Shown here in pieces: positions 1 through 12,147 of a stretch of DNA of 64,000 nt. Position 1 is the stretch's first letter. Each line of letters begins with the position of its first letter. The translations under genes and the position numbers were made by a program. The notes beneath the pieces are model-generated. The model was given only the letters and a program-made list of their open reading frames with translations, had not been told where the DNA came from and did not search any database. The stretch spans positions 12,664,908 to 12,728,907 of the forward strand of contig NC_057751.1 in NCBI RefSeq assembly GCF_004010195.1. Direction: 5' to 3'. This DNA is from Chiloscyllium plagiosum. Taxonomy: Eukaryota.

Positions 1-1010
1 CTTTATGTTATCTGCAAGCTTGAGGTTATTACAATTAGTTCCCAGATCTAAGTCATTAATATATATTGTGAATAGCTGGGGTCTGAGCATCAATCCCTCT
101 GGTACCCCACATGCCATTTGAAAAAAGATCCATTTATCCTCCTCTTGGTTTTCCACCTGCCAGCCAGGTCTCTAACCATGTCAGTACAGCACCCCAATTG
201 TCATGCACTTTTAATTTTACATGCTGATATTTTATGTGGGACCTAATTGAAAACCTTCTGGAAGTCCAAGTAAACCATATCTACTGGCTCCCTCTTATCA
301 ACATGACTTGTTACCTCCTTGACAAATTCCAGTTGATTTGTCAAGCATGATTCATCTTTCCTAAATTGATGCTGACTGTGTCTGATTCTTTTGCTGTTTT
401 CCAAGTGCTTTGCTATTCAACCTTTTATAATGGACTCCAGCATTTTCTCTCCTACTCAGGCTAACCAGTTTATAATTCTCTGCTTTATCTCTATCTCCGT
501 TTAAACAGAGGGCTTACATTGGCTTATGTCCAATCCATAAGAATTGTTCCAGTGTCAAGAGAATCTTGGAAGATGACTGCCAAGGTATCTCGCATTTCTG
601 AACCTCTTTCTTAAATATTCTGGGATGTCGACTATTGAAACCTGAGGATTTAATGGTCTTTAATCCTGTCAATTTCCCTACCAGTAATAATTTTGTTTAG
701 TTTCTCCCTATAACTAGACAGGGAGAACATTCCCCACCCCCCTACCCCATTTTTGGGACATTATTTGTGAAGAGTGATCCTTATGTATTTAATTATCCTG
801 TTACCGCTTTGTTTCTCATTATACCTTTCCCTGTTTCTGACTGCAAGGGATGTATATTTGTCTTCAACAATCTTTTCCTTTTCATGTACCTATAGGAGCT
901 TTTACAATCAGTTTGTATATTCTTCACAAGCTTACTGTCAGAGCCTGGTTCCCCCTCTTCATCAATCCTTTAGTTCTCCTTCGTTAAAATCTTAACTGCT
1001 CCAAATTTTC
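1..1010 (-). mobile_element. Decayed CR1-type LINE fragment (RT region)
   Basis: The reverse complement of 1-110 is a degenerate version of the CR1 RT GVPQGSVLGP..LFTIYINDLD..KFADD region. It has many stops and frameshifts, and the boundary is approximate. Confidence 0.8.
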
Positions 1011-1401
1011 AGATCTACTGCTGTCTGGATGGAGGAACTGGCCATACAAAACCATGAATGTGTGCCTTCATGTTATCAATCACAGTTTCAAGGTGGAAAC
1101 ACATTAAGTGGGCAATAAGGAAAAGAAAATGAAGAATACATTGTTGTCTGGGGAGGTGTGGTAGTGGATGGCAATTAATAGAGGGTGAGAAACATTTCCT
1201 CTTACACATGAGAAGATAACAACACAGGTCAATGCAACCCAGTAGAAGTCCATATAAACACTTAGATCAAATTAATGGCGTAAAGACCACCTGAAAATGC
1301 AGCATTTGTCTCTGTCTGAGTTTGGCAGATCTAAAGACAGACTGAATTGGAAAAGTAACTCCTTTGCGGTCTAATTAATAGGATGATCCATCCACATCAA
1401 T

Positions 1402-2020
1402 TGTGATGAAGCTGCTCCTTCAAAAACGTTATGCTGTTTGTCCTTGACTTTTTTTTTCAGAGCGGTTGTAAACACCACAGACTCCAAACGTCTGGGTTTG
1501 ACAGTTTTAGGGCCAATTTGTTTCTCATAACAGATACTGCCTCAGGCTTTCAAGTAAAAACTACACTTGTACAATGAAAGGGAAGTGGCCAGTTCGCCCA
1601 GCTCAGCTTTTCTCTGGTTTGGTTTGGTTTTCAGTAATAGTGTGGAAAAAGCTGCTGGACCCAAAGAAGCAGGTCCAGGCTGGTACTCTCTCTCTGACTG
1701 TAAGAACCTGTGTTTGATTTTACCTTTTGTTCCAAGAGGTGTTTATGGAAATTGTTGCAAGTATTTGGAACAGCATAATTAAGTTGGAATGATCTGTTGG
1801 GTTTTCGGAGAGGCTAAGTTATTCAGTATTCAGTTTTCTTTTGTTTGTGTTTCATTTGGTAACTTTGTGAATAAATTCTGTTTTGTTTAAAACTAAGTGA
1901 TTTTTAACAGCTGCATCACTCCTGCAATATCTGCAGTACACCTGCTGAAATCAACTAGCGAAATTAGGGTCTGGGCTACTTTCTTGAAATGTTTTGAAGG
2001 GACTGGCCTAGTCCATAACG
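1402..2020 (+). mobile_element. Solo LTR of a Gypsy (Gmr1-like) family
   Basis: Starts TGTGATGAAGCTGCTCC and ends CCATAACG (expected ...CA). It is flanked by the 4-bp direct repeat CAAT (1398-1401 and 2021-2024) and has an internal AATAAA near 1870. It is homologous to 26806-27412 and 47666-48232. Confidence 0.85.
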
Positions 2021-2169
2021 CAATGAATTGTAAAAGAGAAGAAAGATTACCATCATTTCATTCCTCTCAAGAAACAGAGGCCAAGGGTGGTCAGTGCTTC
2101 TTGGGTAAAAAACAGCATTGACCTTGTCTTGATCACACGCACTAACTACCATCCATGGAGTCTCATTTA

Positions 2170-2370
2170 GAGGAACTAACATTAGGTTTTGTTTGAGATG
2201 CTTGTAGAGTATTATACTGTTGGAAGTGATGACTTTCAGAAGCAATGTTCAACCAATGCTCTAGATATTCTTTCTAGTGGATGTAAAGTTGCCTTCTCAG
2301 TCTGTCAAACGAGAGCAGCAGAACTATTGGCCAATATTTATCGCTGAAATATCTCAACCAAGGTCACTCT
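2170..2370 (+). mobile_element. Degenerate DeuSINE/SacSINE1-like SINE fragment
   Basis: Remnants 'actgttggaagtgatgactttcaga' and 'tggccaatatttatc...ctcaacca' resemble the Deu-domain core. Confidence 0.45.
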
Positions 2371-2721
2371 CTGGGGGTGGTCTATGCTCGCAGCTGCCCT
2401 CGTGTGGATAATGGTGGTTTAGCAGATTGATTCACAATAAGTGGAATTCTGTTTACGTACGGTATCTTTGAAACCACTTGCCACCAAATGTCTGTAAATC
2501 CACTTCGTAGCCGTCATTTTATAGTTTTGCAGTATTTTCTGATTTTAATATAATTAGTTTTTATTCTCACTTCTTTCAGTTTTTAACAAAAGAACTGATG
2601 GATCTGACCATCAGTTGCAGAGGCAGTTCGTGCTCACAGCCGCCCTCATGTGGACCATATTAGTATGGCAAATTGGGTTCACACGAAGTGGAATTCTATT
2701 GAACGACCTGTAAATTCATTT

Positions 2722-3510
2722 TGGTTTGATTTTATTTACTTATTCTCTGATTGTATTTACAAAATACAGTGAAAAGTGTTGACCAGTGTCACCACTCTCT
2801 GGCGCTATCTTAAAACACAGAAAAATAAACCAAAACATACACTATAGAGGTGGAAAAATGAATAAAGTGTCCAACTTTTCTTGTTAAGCGCTCAGTCATG
2901 GCCAGGCACAAGCACCTTTTGCCATGCTGCCACCTCAGGAATTAAAATTGCCTACTTTTTTGTGCCAATTGGCCTCCATCAATGCTGTCATCACTCTGAG
3001 ACCTTGCTATAGCTTGCTAAAGCAGCCACCCCAATGCTGCTGGACCCTGAATCAACCCAAATTCAACACCACTCCCGCCATGAGTCTGCTTTGGGCTCAC
3101 TTGCCAATGAGCTGCTGCTGATGCCAGAAGGTTTTAGACTGGGCCCAAACATATCTGCTCCGTGTCTTCCATGTATCTGTGCTGGGAACAGACGTCACTG
3201 GGAACCTAAACTCGCCTCCGCAGCAGCAGCCATGAGTCAGCACTTGGGGCTGCCTCAACTGTGCAGAAGCCAGTGGGAACCCAAACTCACTTCAGATGCC
3301 ACTACCACGTGTTTGTGCTGCTGGGCCCAGTCATGCCATCACACGACCAATGCCATCATCACAATGGAGCTTTTCACCAACAGGTAAATAAAATAAAATA
3401 GAACAGCAGAAAAAAACAAGAGAGGACTGAAAACAGAAAAGAAATGAAAAGTGGACAGCATAGATGAGCCCTGGGCTCAGAAGCCCTACTCCACTGCCAT
3501 CCTACCAGAA
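2722..3510 (-). mobile_element. Non-autonomous retroposon or LINE-derived element
   Basis: The left end reads ...ttttcactgtattttgtaaatac...aataaaatcaaa on the minus strand, a shark LINE/SINE-type 3' tail (a similar tail is at ~8860-8910). The right end is a LINE-like 5' start (ggatggcagtggagtagg). It has degenerate internal repeats and interrupts repeat unit 2. Confidence 0.5.
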
Positions 3511-3659
3511 GATTAACCAGTAATGTTTGAAAGCCCATTTTAATAGATGTACAACATCTGCAGAATTTTCTAATGTCAATATGATTCAGTTGCAATCAAA
3601 CCTTGCTTATTCTGGGGTTTAGACGCAAGTGGGTGTGACTTGTTTAAGATGTTCTTGAC

Positions 3660-4228
3660 AAGGTGGACGTGGAAATGATATTTCCCCTTGTAGTCGGTAT
3701 AGAAGAAGGGGTAGCATTTTAAAATTAGGAATTCAGCTTTTACGTCAGAAATGAAGGGCTTGGCAGGGACAGTGTTTTTGTCCCTGCCTCTGAGCCAGAA
3801 AATCTCTGCATTCACATCACATCTAAACAGGTTGATTAAAATAGTTACTATTCTATACTAGATGATTGGAATCTTTTTCCTTAGATGGTTGTTTGGCTTT
3901 AGCACACTCCATCTCAGAAGGCAATAGAGGTGGTGCCATTGAATATGTTTTAAGACACAGGTGGATAGATTATTATTTGGAAGGGAAATCAATGTTTAGT
4001 TGGAGTAAGCTATTAATATGAAATTGGAGTTTAGATTCGAGCGGTGCTGGAAAAGCACAATAGTTCAGGCAGCTCCTCGGATCTAAACTCTGGTTTCCAG
4101 CATCTGCAGTCATTGTTTTTACCTAATATGGAATTGGAGACAACCTCAGCTGATGGACTGAATGGCCTACTCCTGCATATATCCTATGCTGGGTCATGGT
4201 CTTTTTGAATGGTGGAGCAGGCTGGAGC
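3660..4228 (+). mobile_element. CR1 3'-end fragment with nested short tRNA-SINE (~3755-3840) and PLE-derived piece (~4025-4125)
   Basis: Contains 'gggtagcattttaaaattagga' and CR1 3'UTR motifs 'gaatggcctactcctgc' and 'gaatggtggagcaggctgga'. Confidence 0.65.
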
Positions 4229-4345
4229 AGGACCTGACCATCAGTTGCTGAGATGGCCCATGCTCATAGGTTCCCTCGTGTGGACAATGCTGGTATAGCA
4301 GCTTGATTTACAGGTTTGTGGTTCAGTGATGCATCATTCAAACTA

Positions 4346-4716
4346 CAGAACAAAATCGATTATCCGAACATCAATTAGCCGAATCTTGGATTATCTGAAC
4401 AAGATCTCAAGGTCCCATTAAAAACAGCATTAGGCAACTCAGCATTCAGTTATCAGTTAAATGGCATTATGATGTGTATTGCCCATATATCCGAGGCATG
4501 TTTGTTAACTGGCACTCAGATGACATCTTCTTTATGATCAGATCAGTTATCAGTTAAATAGCATTACGGCATGTATTGCCGGATAACCGAGACATGTTCG
4601 GATAACTGGCACTCATAAATTAATGCTTGTTTATGATTAATTCAGTTATCTGAACAATCAGTTATCCGAACAAAATACTCCCTAACCTTCTTGTTCAGAA
4701 AATCGGGGTTGCTCTG
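4346..4716. mobile_element. Tc1/mariner (Tigger/pogo-like) MITE
   Basis: Imperfect TIRs CAGAACAAAATCGATTATCCGAAC and GTTCAGAAAATCGGGGTTGCTCTG, with TA on both flanks (4344-45, 4717-18). It contains an internal ~97-bp duplication, and the host repeat resumes directly after it. Confidence 0.8.
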
Positions 4717-5130
4717 TACTTCCACCAAATGTCAGAAATATTCCTTCATAGATTTCATCTTACAGTCTTGTAGAGTTTTTTTGATGTGAATATCGCACAC
4801 TTTTATTAACTTTCAGCACAGGAAACCTGGAGATAGTGAGGAAATTTCCAGCATCTGGATCTGGCCATCAGATGCTGAGGTAGTCTGTGCTCACGGCTGC
4901 CCTCGTGTGGACTGTGGTAGTTTAGCAGATTGATTCACAAAAGTGGAGTTTTGTTTAACTCCTATGTATTTGAAACCACTTGCCAGCAAACGTCTGGAAA
5001 ACGCTTTCATAGATTTAATTTTATTTAATTGCAGTATTTTTTTATTTCAATATGATCGTAACTTTATCAGTTTTTCGCATCTTTAGCATCAATACTCTTC
5101 AACATCTGAATCCGGCCATCAGTTGCTGAG

Positions 5131-5264
5131 ACGGAAAACAAAAAGTGCTGGAGATCACAGCGGCTCAGGCAGCATCCATGGAGAGAAAACACGCCAACAT
5201 TTCGAGTTGAGAGCAATTTTTGTTTTCAGTACAGATTCCAGCATCTGCAGTAATTTGCTCCTCA
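5131..5264. mobile_element. Short Penelope-derived element
   Basis: Contains 'gtgctggaga..cagcggctcaggcagcatc' and 'ttccagcatctgcag' motifs. It is flanked by the 8-bp direct repeat TTGCTGAG (5123-5130, 5265-5272). Confidence 0.6.
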
Positions 5265-5589
5265 TTGCTGAGGTGGTCTGTGCTCACAGCTGCCCTCGTG
5301 TGGACTATGATGGTTTAGCATACTCATTCATGAACTTTGGGTTTTGTTGAACTTCGGTGTATTTGAAACCAGTTGCCATCAAATCTGTGGAAACCCATTT
5401 CAGAGACTTCATTTTGTTGCATTTCAGTTTTAAAAATTTCAATATAATTAGTTTTTAACCACGCGTTTATTAATTTTCAGCATTTACAGCATCAATAACT
5501 TGCGGAGGTGCTCTCAGCTCATGGATGCCCTCGTGTGGACAATATTGGTTTAGCAGATTGATTCATTTGGAAGTGGCGTTCTGCTCACT

Positions 5590-5714
5590 GGAGATAGAAC
5601 TGCAGATGCTAGAGAGACAGAGTCGATCAACAATTGAGCTGAAAAAAGCACAGCAGGTCAAGCAGCATCAGAGGAGAAGGAAAGTCGATGTTTCAGATCG
5701 GAATCTTTCATCAG
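5590..5714 (-). mobile_element. Short Penelope-derived element with minimal hammerhead-like core
   Basis: Minus strand 5714-5687 reads CTGATGA-A-AGAT-TCCG-ATCT-GAAAC-ATC. The + strand has 'aactgcagatgct..aaaagcacagcaggtca.gcagcatc'. Confidence 0.65.
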
Positions 5715-5947
5715 TTCTGTTTAATTACTATTAAAGCCACCTCACATTACTCTCTTCAAACTGCTGAAATTGCTGAAATCACCTGCCCACAGTTGTTACA
5801 CCTAGAGTCTTGGACCTTGTGTAATATCCCAGATTACGATTAAATTTATGATCCTAAATTGTCACCAGAACAGCAAAGTCCCACAGGTAATCATTACTCT
5901 TGTACACTGGGGAAGAAATCAGAGTTAACTGTTAAACATGGAAGCAT

Positions 5948-6058
5948 TATAGAGTCATAGAGATGTACAGCACGGAAACAGACCCTTCGGTCCAACCCAT
6001 CCATGCCGACCAGATATCCCAACTCAATCTAGTCCCACCTGCCAACACCCGGCCAATA
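5948..6058 (-). mobile_element. HER1/CR1 3' tail
   Basis: 'atagagtcatagagatgtacagcacggaaacagacccttcggtccaac' is the reverse complement of the CR1 3' end seen at 15350-15428. Confidence 0.85.
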
Positions 6059-6464
6059 CTATGTAAGGGAGACAGTGTTAACCTGTAAAGAGATAATAAA
6101 GACCCAGTTAATCGATAAACATTATTGTATAAGCTATATGCAGGATAACCCTAGCTCTTTGTTAAATATGATTCATTAACCATGGGAGAATAAAGACAAA
6201 AGAGAATAAACTTTTTTGAAACAAAGGGTTCATAAATCTGTAATGTAAATGCAGGTCTGGCTGCATCTGTGGGGAGAAAAATGATGTTTATGTGATCAGT
6301 AATCAGCACTGGGTCAGTTCAAAATGTCATGACTCAGTTGCAAGTGAGGGGTTTGATGCAGGGAGATAGTAGAGGACAGGAGAGATTCAATGACCGTGAG
6401 TTAATGGCCTTGACACAGACAGGGATGAGGGATTTTGAATCCTTTATATTCGCAAAGCTTTAGG

Positions 6465-7618
6465 GACCTGGATATAGGTTTGATCGCTGAGCTGGAAGGT
6501 TCATTTTCAGATGTTTTGTCACCATACTCGGTAACCTCATCAGTGAGCCTCTGGTGAAGCACTAGTGTTATGTTTCACTTTCTATTTATGTGGTTAGGTC
6601 TCCTTGGATTGGTGATGTCATTTCCTGTTCTTTTTCTCATAAGGTGGGAGATGGGATGCAAATCAATGTGTTTGTTGATAGAGATCTGGTTGGAATGCCA
6701 TGCTTCTAGGAATTCTTGTGTGTGTCTCTGTTTGGTTTGTCCTAGGATGGATGTGTTGTTTCAGTCAAAGTGTGTCCTTCCTCATCTGTATGTAAGGATA
6801 GTAGTGAGAATGGGTCATGTGTTTTTGTGGCTAGCTGATGTTCATGTATCCTGATAGTTAGTTTTCTGTCTGTTTGCCCTATGTACTGTTTATTATAGTT
6901 CTTGCAAGGTATTTTGTAATGATGTTCATTTTGCTTGTTGTCTGTATAGGATCTTTTAAGTTCATTAGCTGCTGTTTTAGTATGTTGGTGGGTTTTTGGG
7001 TTACCATGATGCCAAGAAGTCTGAGTGGTCTGGCAGTCATTTCTGGGATGTCTTTGATGTAGGGGAGAGTGGCTCAGGCTTCTGGACAAGTGTTGTCTGC
7101 TTCTTTGGGTTTATTGCTGAGAAATCGACGGACTGTGTTCATTGGATTCTCATTCTTTTCGAATACGCTGTATAGATGATTTCCCTCTGCTCTTCATAGT
7201 TCCTCTGTGCTGCAGTGTGTAGTGGCTCATTGAAATAATGTTCCAAAGCAGCTGCGTTTGTGGGTGTTGGGATGATTGCTTCTGTAGTTCAGTGTTTGGT
7301 CTGTATGTGTCGTCTTCCTGTAGATGTTGGTTTGAAGTTCACCAATGACTGTTTGCTCCACTGTGACATCGAGGAATGGCAGTTGGTTGTGATTTTCCTT
7401 CTGTTTTGTGAATTTAATGCTAGTAAGGATATTATTGATGGTCTTGAAGAGTTCCTCTAATTTTTTTGGTTTAGTGATGACAAAGGTGTCATCCATGGAG
7501 CGGACCCAAAGTTTGGCTTGGATGGTTGGCAGAGCTGTTTGGCTGAGCCTCTGCATTACTGCCTCTGCCACAAACGCTGATATTGGAGATGTCATGTATG
7601 TTCCATTGGTTTGTCTGC
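6465..7618 (-). mobile_element. 5'-truncated Penelope-like element (RT + GIY-YIG endonuclease), pseudogenised
   Basis: ORF 7227-7679 contains SPIS..AEAVMQ..LWVRSMDDTF..LPFLDV..YRKTTHTDQ..SNHP (PLE RT and thumb). ORF 6742-7089 contains YKIPCKNYNKQYIGQTDRKLTIRIHEH (GIY-YIG). A hammerhead-like remnant lies at 6510-6543. Confidence 0.92.
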
Positions 7619-9989
7619 AGGTTATGGTTAGGATTAGAGTTTTTGGACTGGCTGTACTTTCCACCTTTTCCTTTCTCAAATTCCCAGAAAGCTGGAATAG
7701 CCTTTATCTCTGTGGTATGCATTGCTGTGACCCTCAGTTCCTTTTCTCCTTGTGTAGCATCTCACTTTTCCTGCCCCATTTACCAGTCATGTAAAATCTT
7801 TAGCACACACTGAGCTACCTTCTCTAACTTCCTCTTTCAGCCGACTTCTTATCACTGGGTGTTTACAATCTTCAATTCAACTCATCCTTCTCCTTCTGCT
7901 TTGAGATTGCTGCCCTCCTCCATTCTCTGGCTTTCTCTGTATGGAAAGTCTCCTCCACATATTCAACTCTTTTTATCTACTGTGGTCTCCTTAATGCCAC
8001 AGTAACTATCCCGGATAAAGCAGTTTCTGTGAATTTGAGATCCCTCACCACATTTTCCCCTTCCTCATTCCCAACTGCATTCCTTTCTGTGTTTGCCCTG
8101 GAAAGGTAACCCTGGCCGAAGTTTTCAAGTCTTGCTCTTGCATCTTCAAGTTCACAGTGATCTAGCTTCAGCCCTATAATTCATCATGACATTTCTATAG
8201 ACTGTTTCACTAAATCAAATCATTATCTTTGCTGCCCTCATGTTCAGTGAAACTAACACTTGTCCTCACTTTCTTATTCCCCTGTAACAATCATTGGTGA
8301 ACACATAGTGAGTTTGACTGCAGAGAAATCTTCAATATGTCTTCAAATGAACATTTAGGTAACCTCTCCTGGTGTGAGAATGTTAGGTTTGTATTAAGCA
8401 ACAGAGCAATTACATCAGTATCAAGTTGAGATGTACCTGGCTGTCATCTACTGTTGCACATACTAATTGAATCCATATCAATGCAAGGGAATTGTATCAA
8501 AGAATGACATTTTAAGTCTTTGCTGTTGAAAATTTGGGGAGGAGCACTAGACTTGACTGTTCAGGTGGTGACAAGTTGAGCACTGTTACAACTGACTGCA
8601 GTGAAATTTCTCAAAATGCTGCAGATTCTGACTGTAGGTGGTGGAAAGAGTGAATGTGGAGCCAGTCACGATGGCTGCTTTTTCCTGGATGGTTTCAAAC
8701 TTCTTGAACCCATTCCCGGCATCTGTTCAGGCAACTAGGGACTTCTCCTTCTCACTCTTGACTCATGCCATTTAGATGGCGGGCAGGCTTCGGTGAGTTA
8801 TGTGTCTCAAAATTCTTCAACCTTTGACATTCTTAAGTGCTCACAACATTTAAATATGATTTGATGTGATTAATAATTGTCACATGTGCCATGATGCAGT
8901 GAAAAGCATTGTGTGCTATCCAGGCAAATCAGACTTTACATGGACACATCGAGATACGAGAACAGAATGCAGGATGTGAAGTGTTACCGCTGCAGGTATG
9001 CAAGTATATGGCTTCTATAATGTAATACAAAAGATGGGGGAAAATGTAGCACTAAAGAAAACCAGCCGGCGAACAAGTGAGTGATGTTTTAAAATGACAG
9101 TCATAATTAATTTGACCTGGAAAAGGAGACGTTTTTCATGGCATGGGTCTGATATAATAACGTGACCTTGACTTTTGACAGAAAGGTGTGGTTTTGCAAA
9201 TGGTGAGAGTTTGGCATTAATGCAGTGAACAAGTTGTACTGGGTGGAAAAGTGTAACTCCAAATGGAAAAGCTGGTGACTTTGCATCCATCAAGTGCGAA
9301 TCAAGTGAGATTCTGCCAGCAGGCAACTAATTATAACAATCGTGGCTGTACAGGTTACTCAAGAAGGAAGAGACAAGGTGAGTGTTTGCCTCTTGACAAT
9401 GAGAATGGGAAGTTCATCAGGAAATTCTGAATGAATCGAACAAATAGTTGGCCAGTCTATATACAGAATACAAAAAAAACCTTCCAATAATAACAGTTGG
9501 TCAGGAGGTAGAAGAGAGAAGGGAACTCAATTGACAGGGAAGCAAAGTCATGAGACTATGGGCTGACAAATCCTAGGCTCCTGATGAACTTCAGTCTGCA
9601 GTCTTAAAAGGAGTATAGAACGAGTAATGGATGCATTGGAGTTCATTTTCCACAAATCGCTAGGTTATGAGCAGGCAGGTTCTATCGGGTTAGCACTATC
9701 AAGTTGTTCTCTTGAGGAAGGAAGGAAGGGGAGACAGAAATTGAAATCTATAGAGAAAGGTGTAAATGATCCCGAGGGAGGTGAGAGATGGAGATGAATA
9801 AAATCTGAAGGTAATTGGAAAAGTCAGTATGTTTTGTCACAAGAGAAAATACTTGTCACCAACCTTTCAAATTTCTGTCTTGAAGCCTTAGCTTTTTACA
9901 AATTATTTCAGTGACTATGATGCAGGGAGCGAAGATAAAGTATGGAAGTAGAATTTTTAGGGGATGATGGAGATTGCTGATGGATAGAG

Positions 9990-10170
9990 AAAAACATCAC
10001 CACAGGAAATGACATCACCAACACGAGGAAACCGAAACACATAAATAGAACATGGGTCACTGCCACCAGTGTTATGTCAGAGGGTCACTGATAATGAAAC
10101 GTCTGAAAATGAACCTGGTCAAGCTCAGTCTTTGACATTTCAAACCCGGTGTAAATTTTCATATAAAATT
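9990..10170 (+). mobile_element. Penelope terminal-repeat fragment
   Basis: 'acaggaaatgacatcaccaac...acataaataga...cactgataatgaaacgtctgaaaatgaacc' matches the reverse complement of 6500-6640. Confidence 0.75.
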
Positions 10171-12147
10171 TGAAAGATGATACGCAGACAGGAAATGTTA
10201 CGTATGAGCCAACAGGCTCCCTCCTGGAATCCAGCTTGAATGACTTAGAGAGGAGAGGCTGGTGGGAGAGAGGAGGGAGGTTGTGCGTTTGGATTCCTCA
10301 ATGAGCTTTTTAAACAGGCTACAGCAGGGTCCCTGTTTGGGCTCAGCGAGGATGTAAAGTATAACATCTGAATGTTGAGTAAGCACGGGAGGCTGAGTCG
10401 CTGAAATGATGTATGCTCGCTTACCTACAATCCAACCCAGTCAGTGACAGGTTCAAGGCTAGAGGGAAAGGAGGCTGGTGGGAGTCATCATGGGGTTAGA
10501 ATTAAGGAGGGCTGGAGAGTACAGGATGGTAAGTAGAGCAAGGCGTAGGAGACCTGCATGCATTGGGGAGTGCCGTGGATTATGTTTCAGGAGGGGATCC
10601 TCTGCTGGGGGGAGAGAAAGAAGTCTTACTAAAACTTTTTACCCCGACAAAGAGGGTCACTTGCTTCTTTCTCTCCCCCTGCACACAATACTCAAAATAC
10701 ATCTTTTGTGTCAACATTAAATGCGGGGCCTTCAACTTGTTGGAGACTGAGGTGGGAAGTTTCACCTACGAATTTCTCTGCTCGATTCAGGGCTGGCTAA
10801 AAGGCTGAACGGGGGATTCAAGCTCACAACCTCGTCTCTCCAATAGCCTCCCACCATTGACCCAGAGCTCCTGCTCTCTGTTATTCATACCAGCTCCATA
10901 CTGGCTAATAGTTAACACAGCATCTTTCAAACTGCAGCCTTTATCTAAATCCACCATGAAAATTAAATATAAAGCTTTAACTGTTGGAGCTCGGAAGTAT
11001 TGCTCGATTTAAAACTTTGAAATTCATTGCCGTTCTTGTGAACCATAAAAGTAAGGGTGGGATGTGAATTATCTCCCTTCCAACATCAAGAGCCAATACT
11101 TGCACAACACGTCACTCTCTCTGACAAGATGCAGACTCTGTCCCCCTGTCTCCTGAGTTGACATCCCCAACTCCATGCGTCATCTTGTCAATGAGAACCC
11201 CCTGCTTCATCGGAACCACACAGCAAAGAGTTTCTCATGAGGCCGCTCCTTCAATCCTCTCGGGCCCTCACAATGACTGAGTTGGCATTTCCGTCTGAAG
11301 CGAATCAAACAGGAGCCACAGGGAACCACTCAGCCGATACTGTTGGATCCTGCCTGATTTCTTTATGTATTCCCATCCCGCCCCCCCCTCCCTTTGTATT
11401 CCCATCCCGCCCCCCCTCCCTTTTCCTGCTGAGAATTGAGCTCTGCTGAGCGAGACTGAATGCATAACTTCCTTGTCTTTAGAGTGCCCTCCTAATCACA
11501 CCATGCACTCCATCAAACTCTCTGCAGTGCTCTTGGTCCAGCAATGGTTACCTTGGCACTTATCATACACATATAATCCTTATATTTGACAGCAGAACGA
11601 AGAAGATGGGCTAGCAATGAGCACAATTCCTGAGGAAATCAGATGATCAAAGTGGGGGGAAGCAATGGGTTCACAGCAACCTTTATTCCAGCAGTGCTAC
11701 TCGAGTCAATGACGTTCAATGTTAGCATTTGGCGAGTAATGTCATGTATCTGGAGGAAATGGTTCGTGACAAACAGTTTCTCATGTCTGATGGCTTTATA
11801 ATTTGGCAAGTCCACCCCTGTTCCTGAGACAAGTGCATCCCACTGAGGAGAACAAGATTCCAATGTATTCAGGCATGTCCCTCTGATGATTGTTTAGATC
11901 CATATATCTGGCTGAGATGTGAAAGTGGATGCTTACAGGGTGACACATGCTCTAGAAACTCTTGTACATTGGCAATGTGTAGTTGGGATCCGTTATCTTT
12001 AAGCTTCTGACTGTCAGAAACATTCCAATCAGTAAACCCAAAGGTAAATTCCATCTGAAAGATTGGGCAGAAATGATTCATCAAAACTTTAAAGAGAGAG
12101 GAGTTCGGAGGAAAAAAAGTGTTCTTTTTAAAATTCAGTCTGGCACA

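Larger units (their letters stand above)
2393..5555 (-). promoter_or_regulatory. Six same-orientation extended CTCF-like sites (upstream motif + core)
   Basis: Minus-strand consensus TGCTAAACC-N8-CCACACGAGGGCAGC at 2393-2424, 2639-2670, 4269-4300, 4896-4927, 5289-5320 and 5524-5555. It resembles the CTCF core CCAC..GRKGGCRSY with a TGC...ACC upstream motif at the usual spacing. Confidence 0.6.
2372..5750. repeat. Degenerate ~245-bp tandem repeat, 6 units, interrupted by several TE insertions
   Basis: Recurring blocks ccatcagttgctgag, tgctcacagctgccctcgtgtgga, ggtttagcagattgattca and tttgaaaccacttgcc. Cores start at 2393, 2639, 4269, 4896, 5289 and 5524. Uninterrupted periods are 246 and 235 bp. 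Confidence 0.9.

Noticed and set aside
2372..5750. Repeat array as CRISPR-like, coding, or V(D)J RSS array
   Set aside because: The context is eukaryotic and the inter-core sequence is homologous rather than unique spacers. No frame is conserved among units, and there are no CACAGTG/ACAAAAACC pairs.
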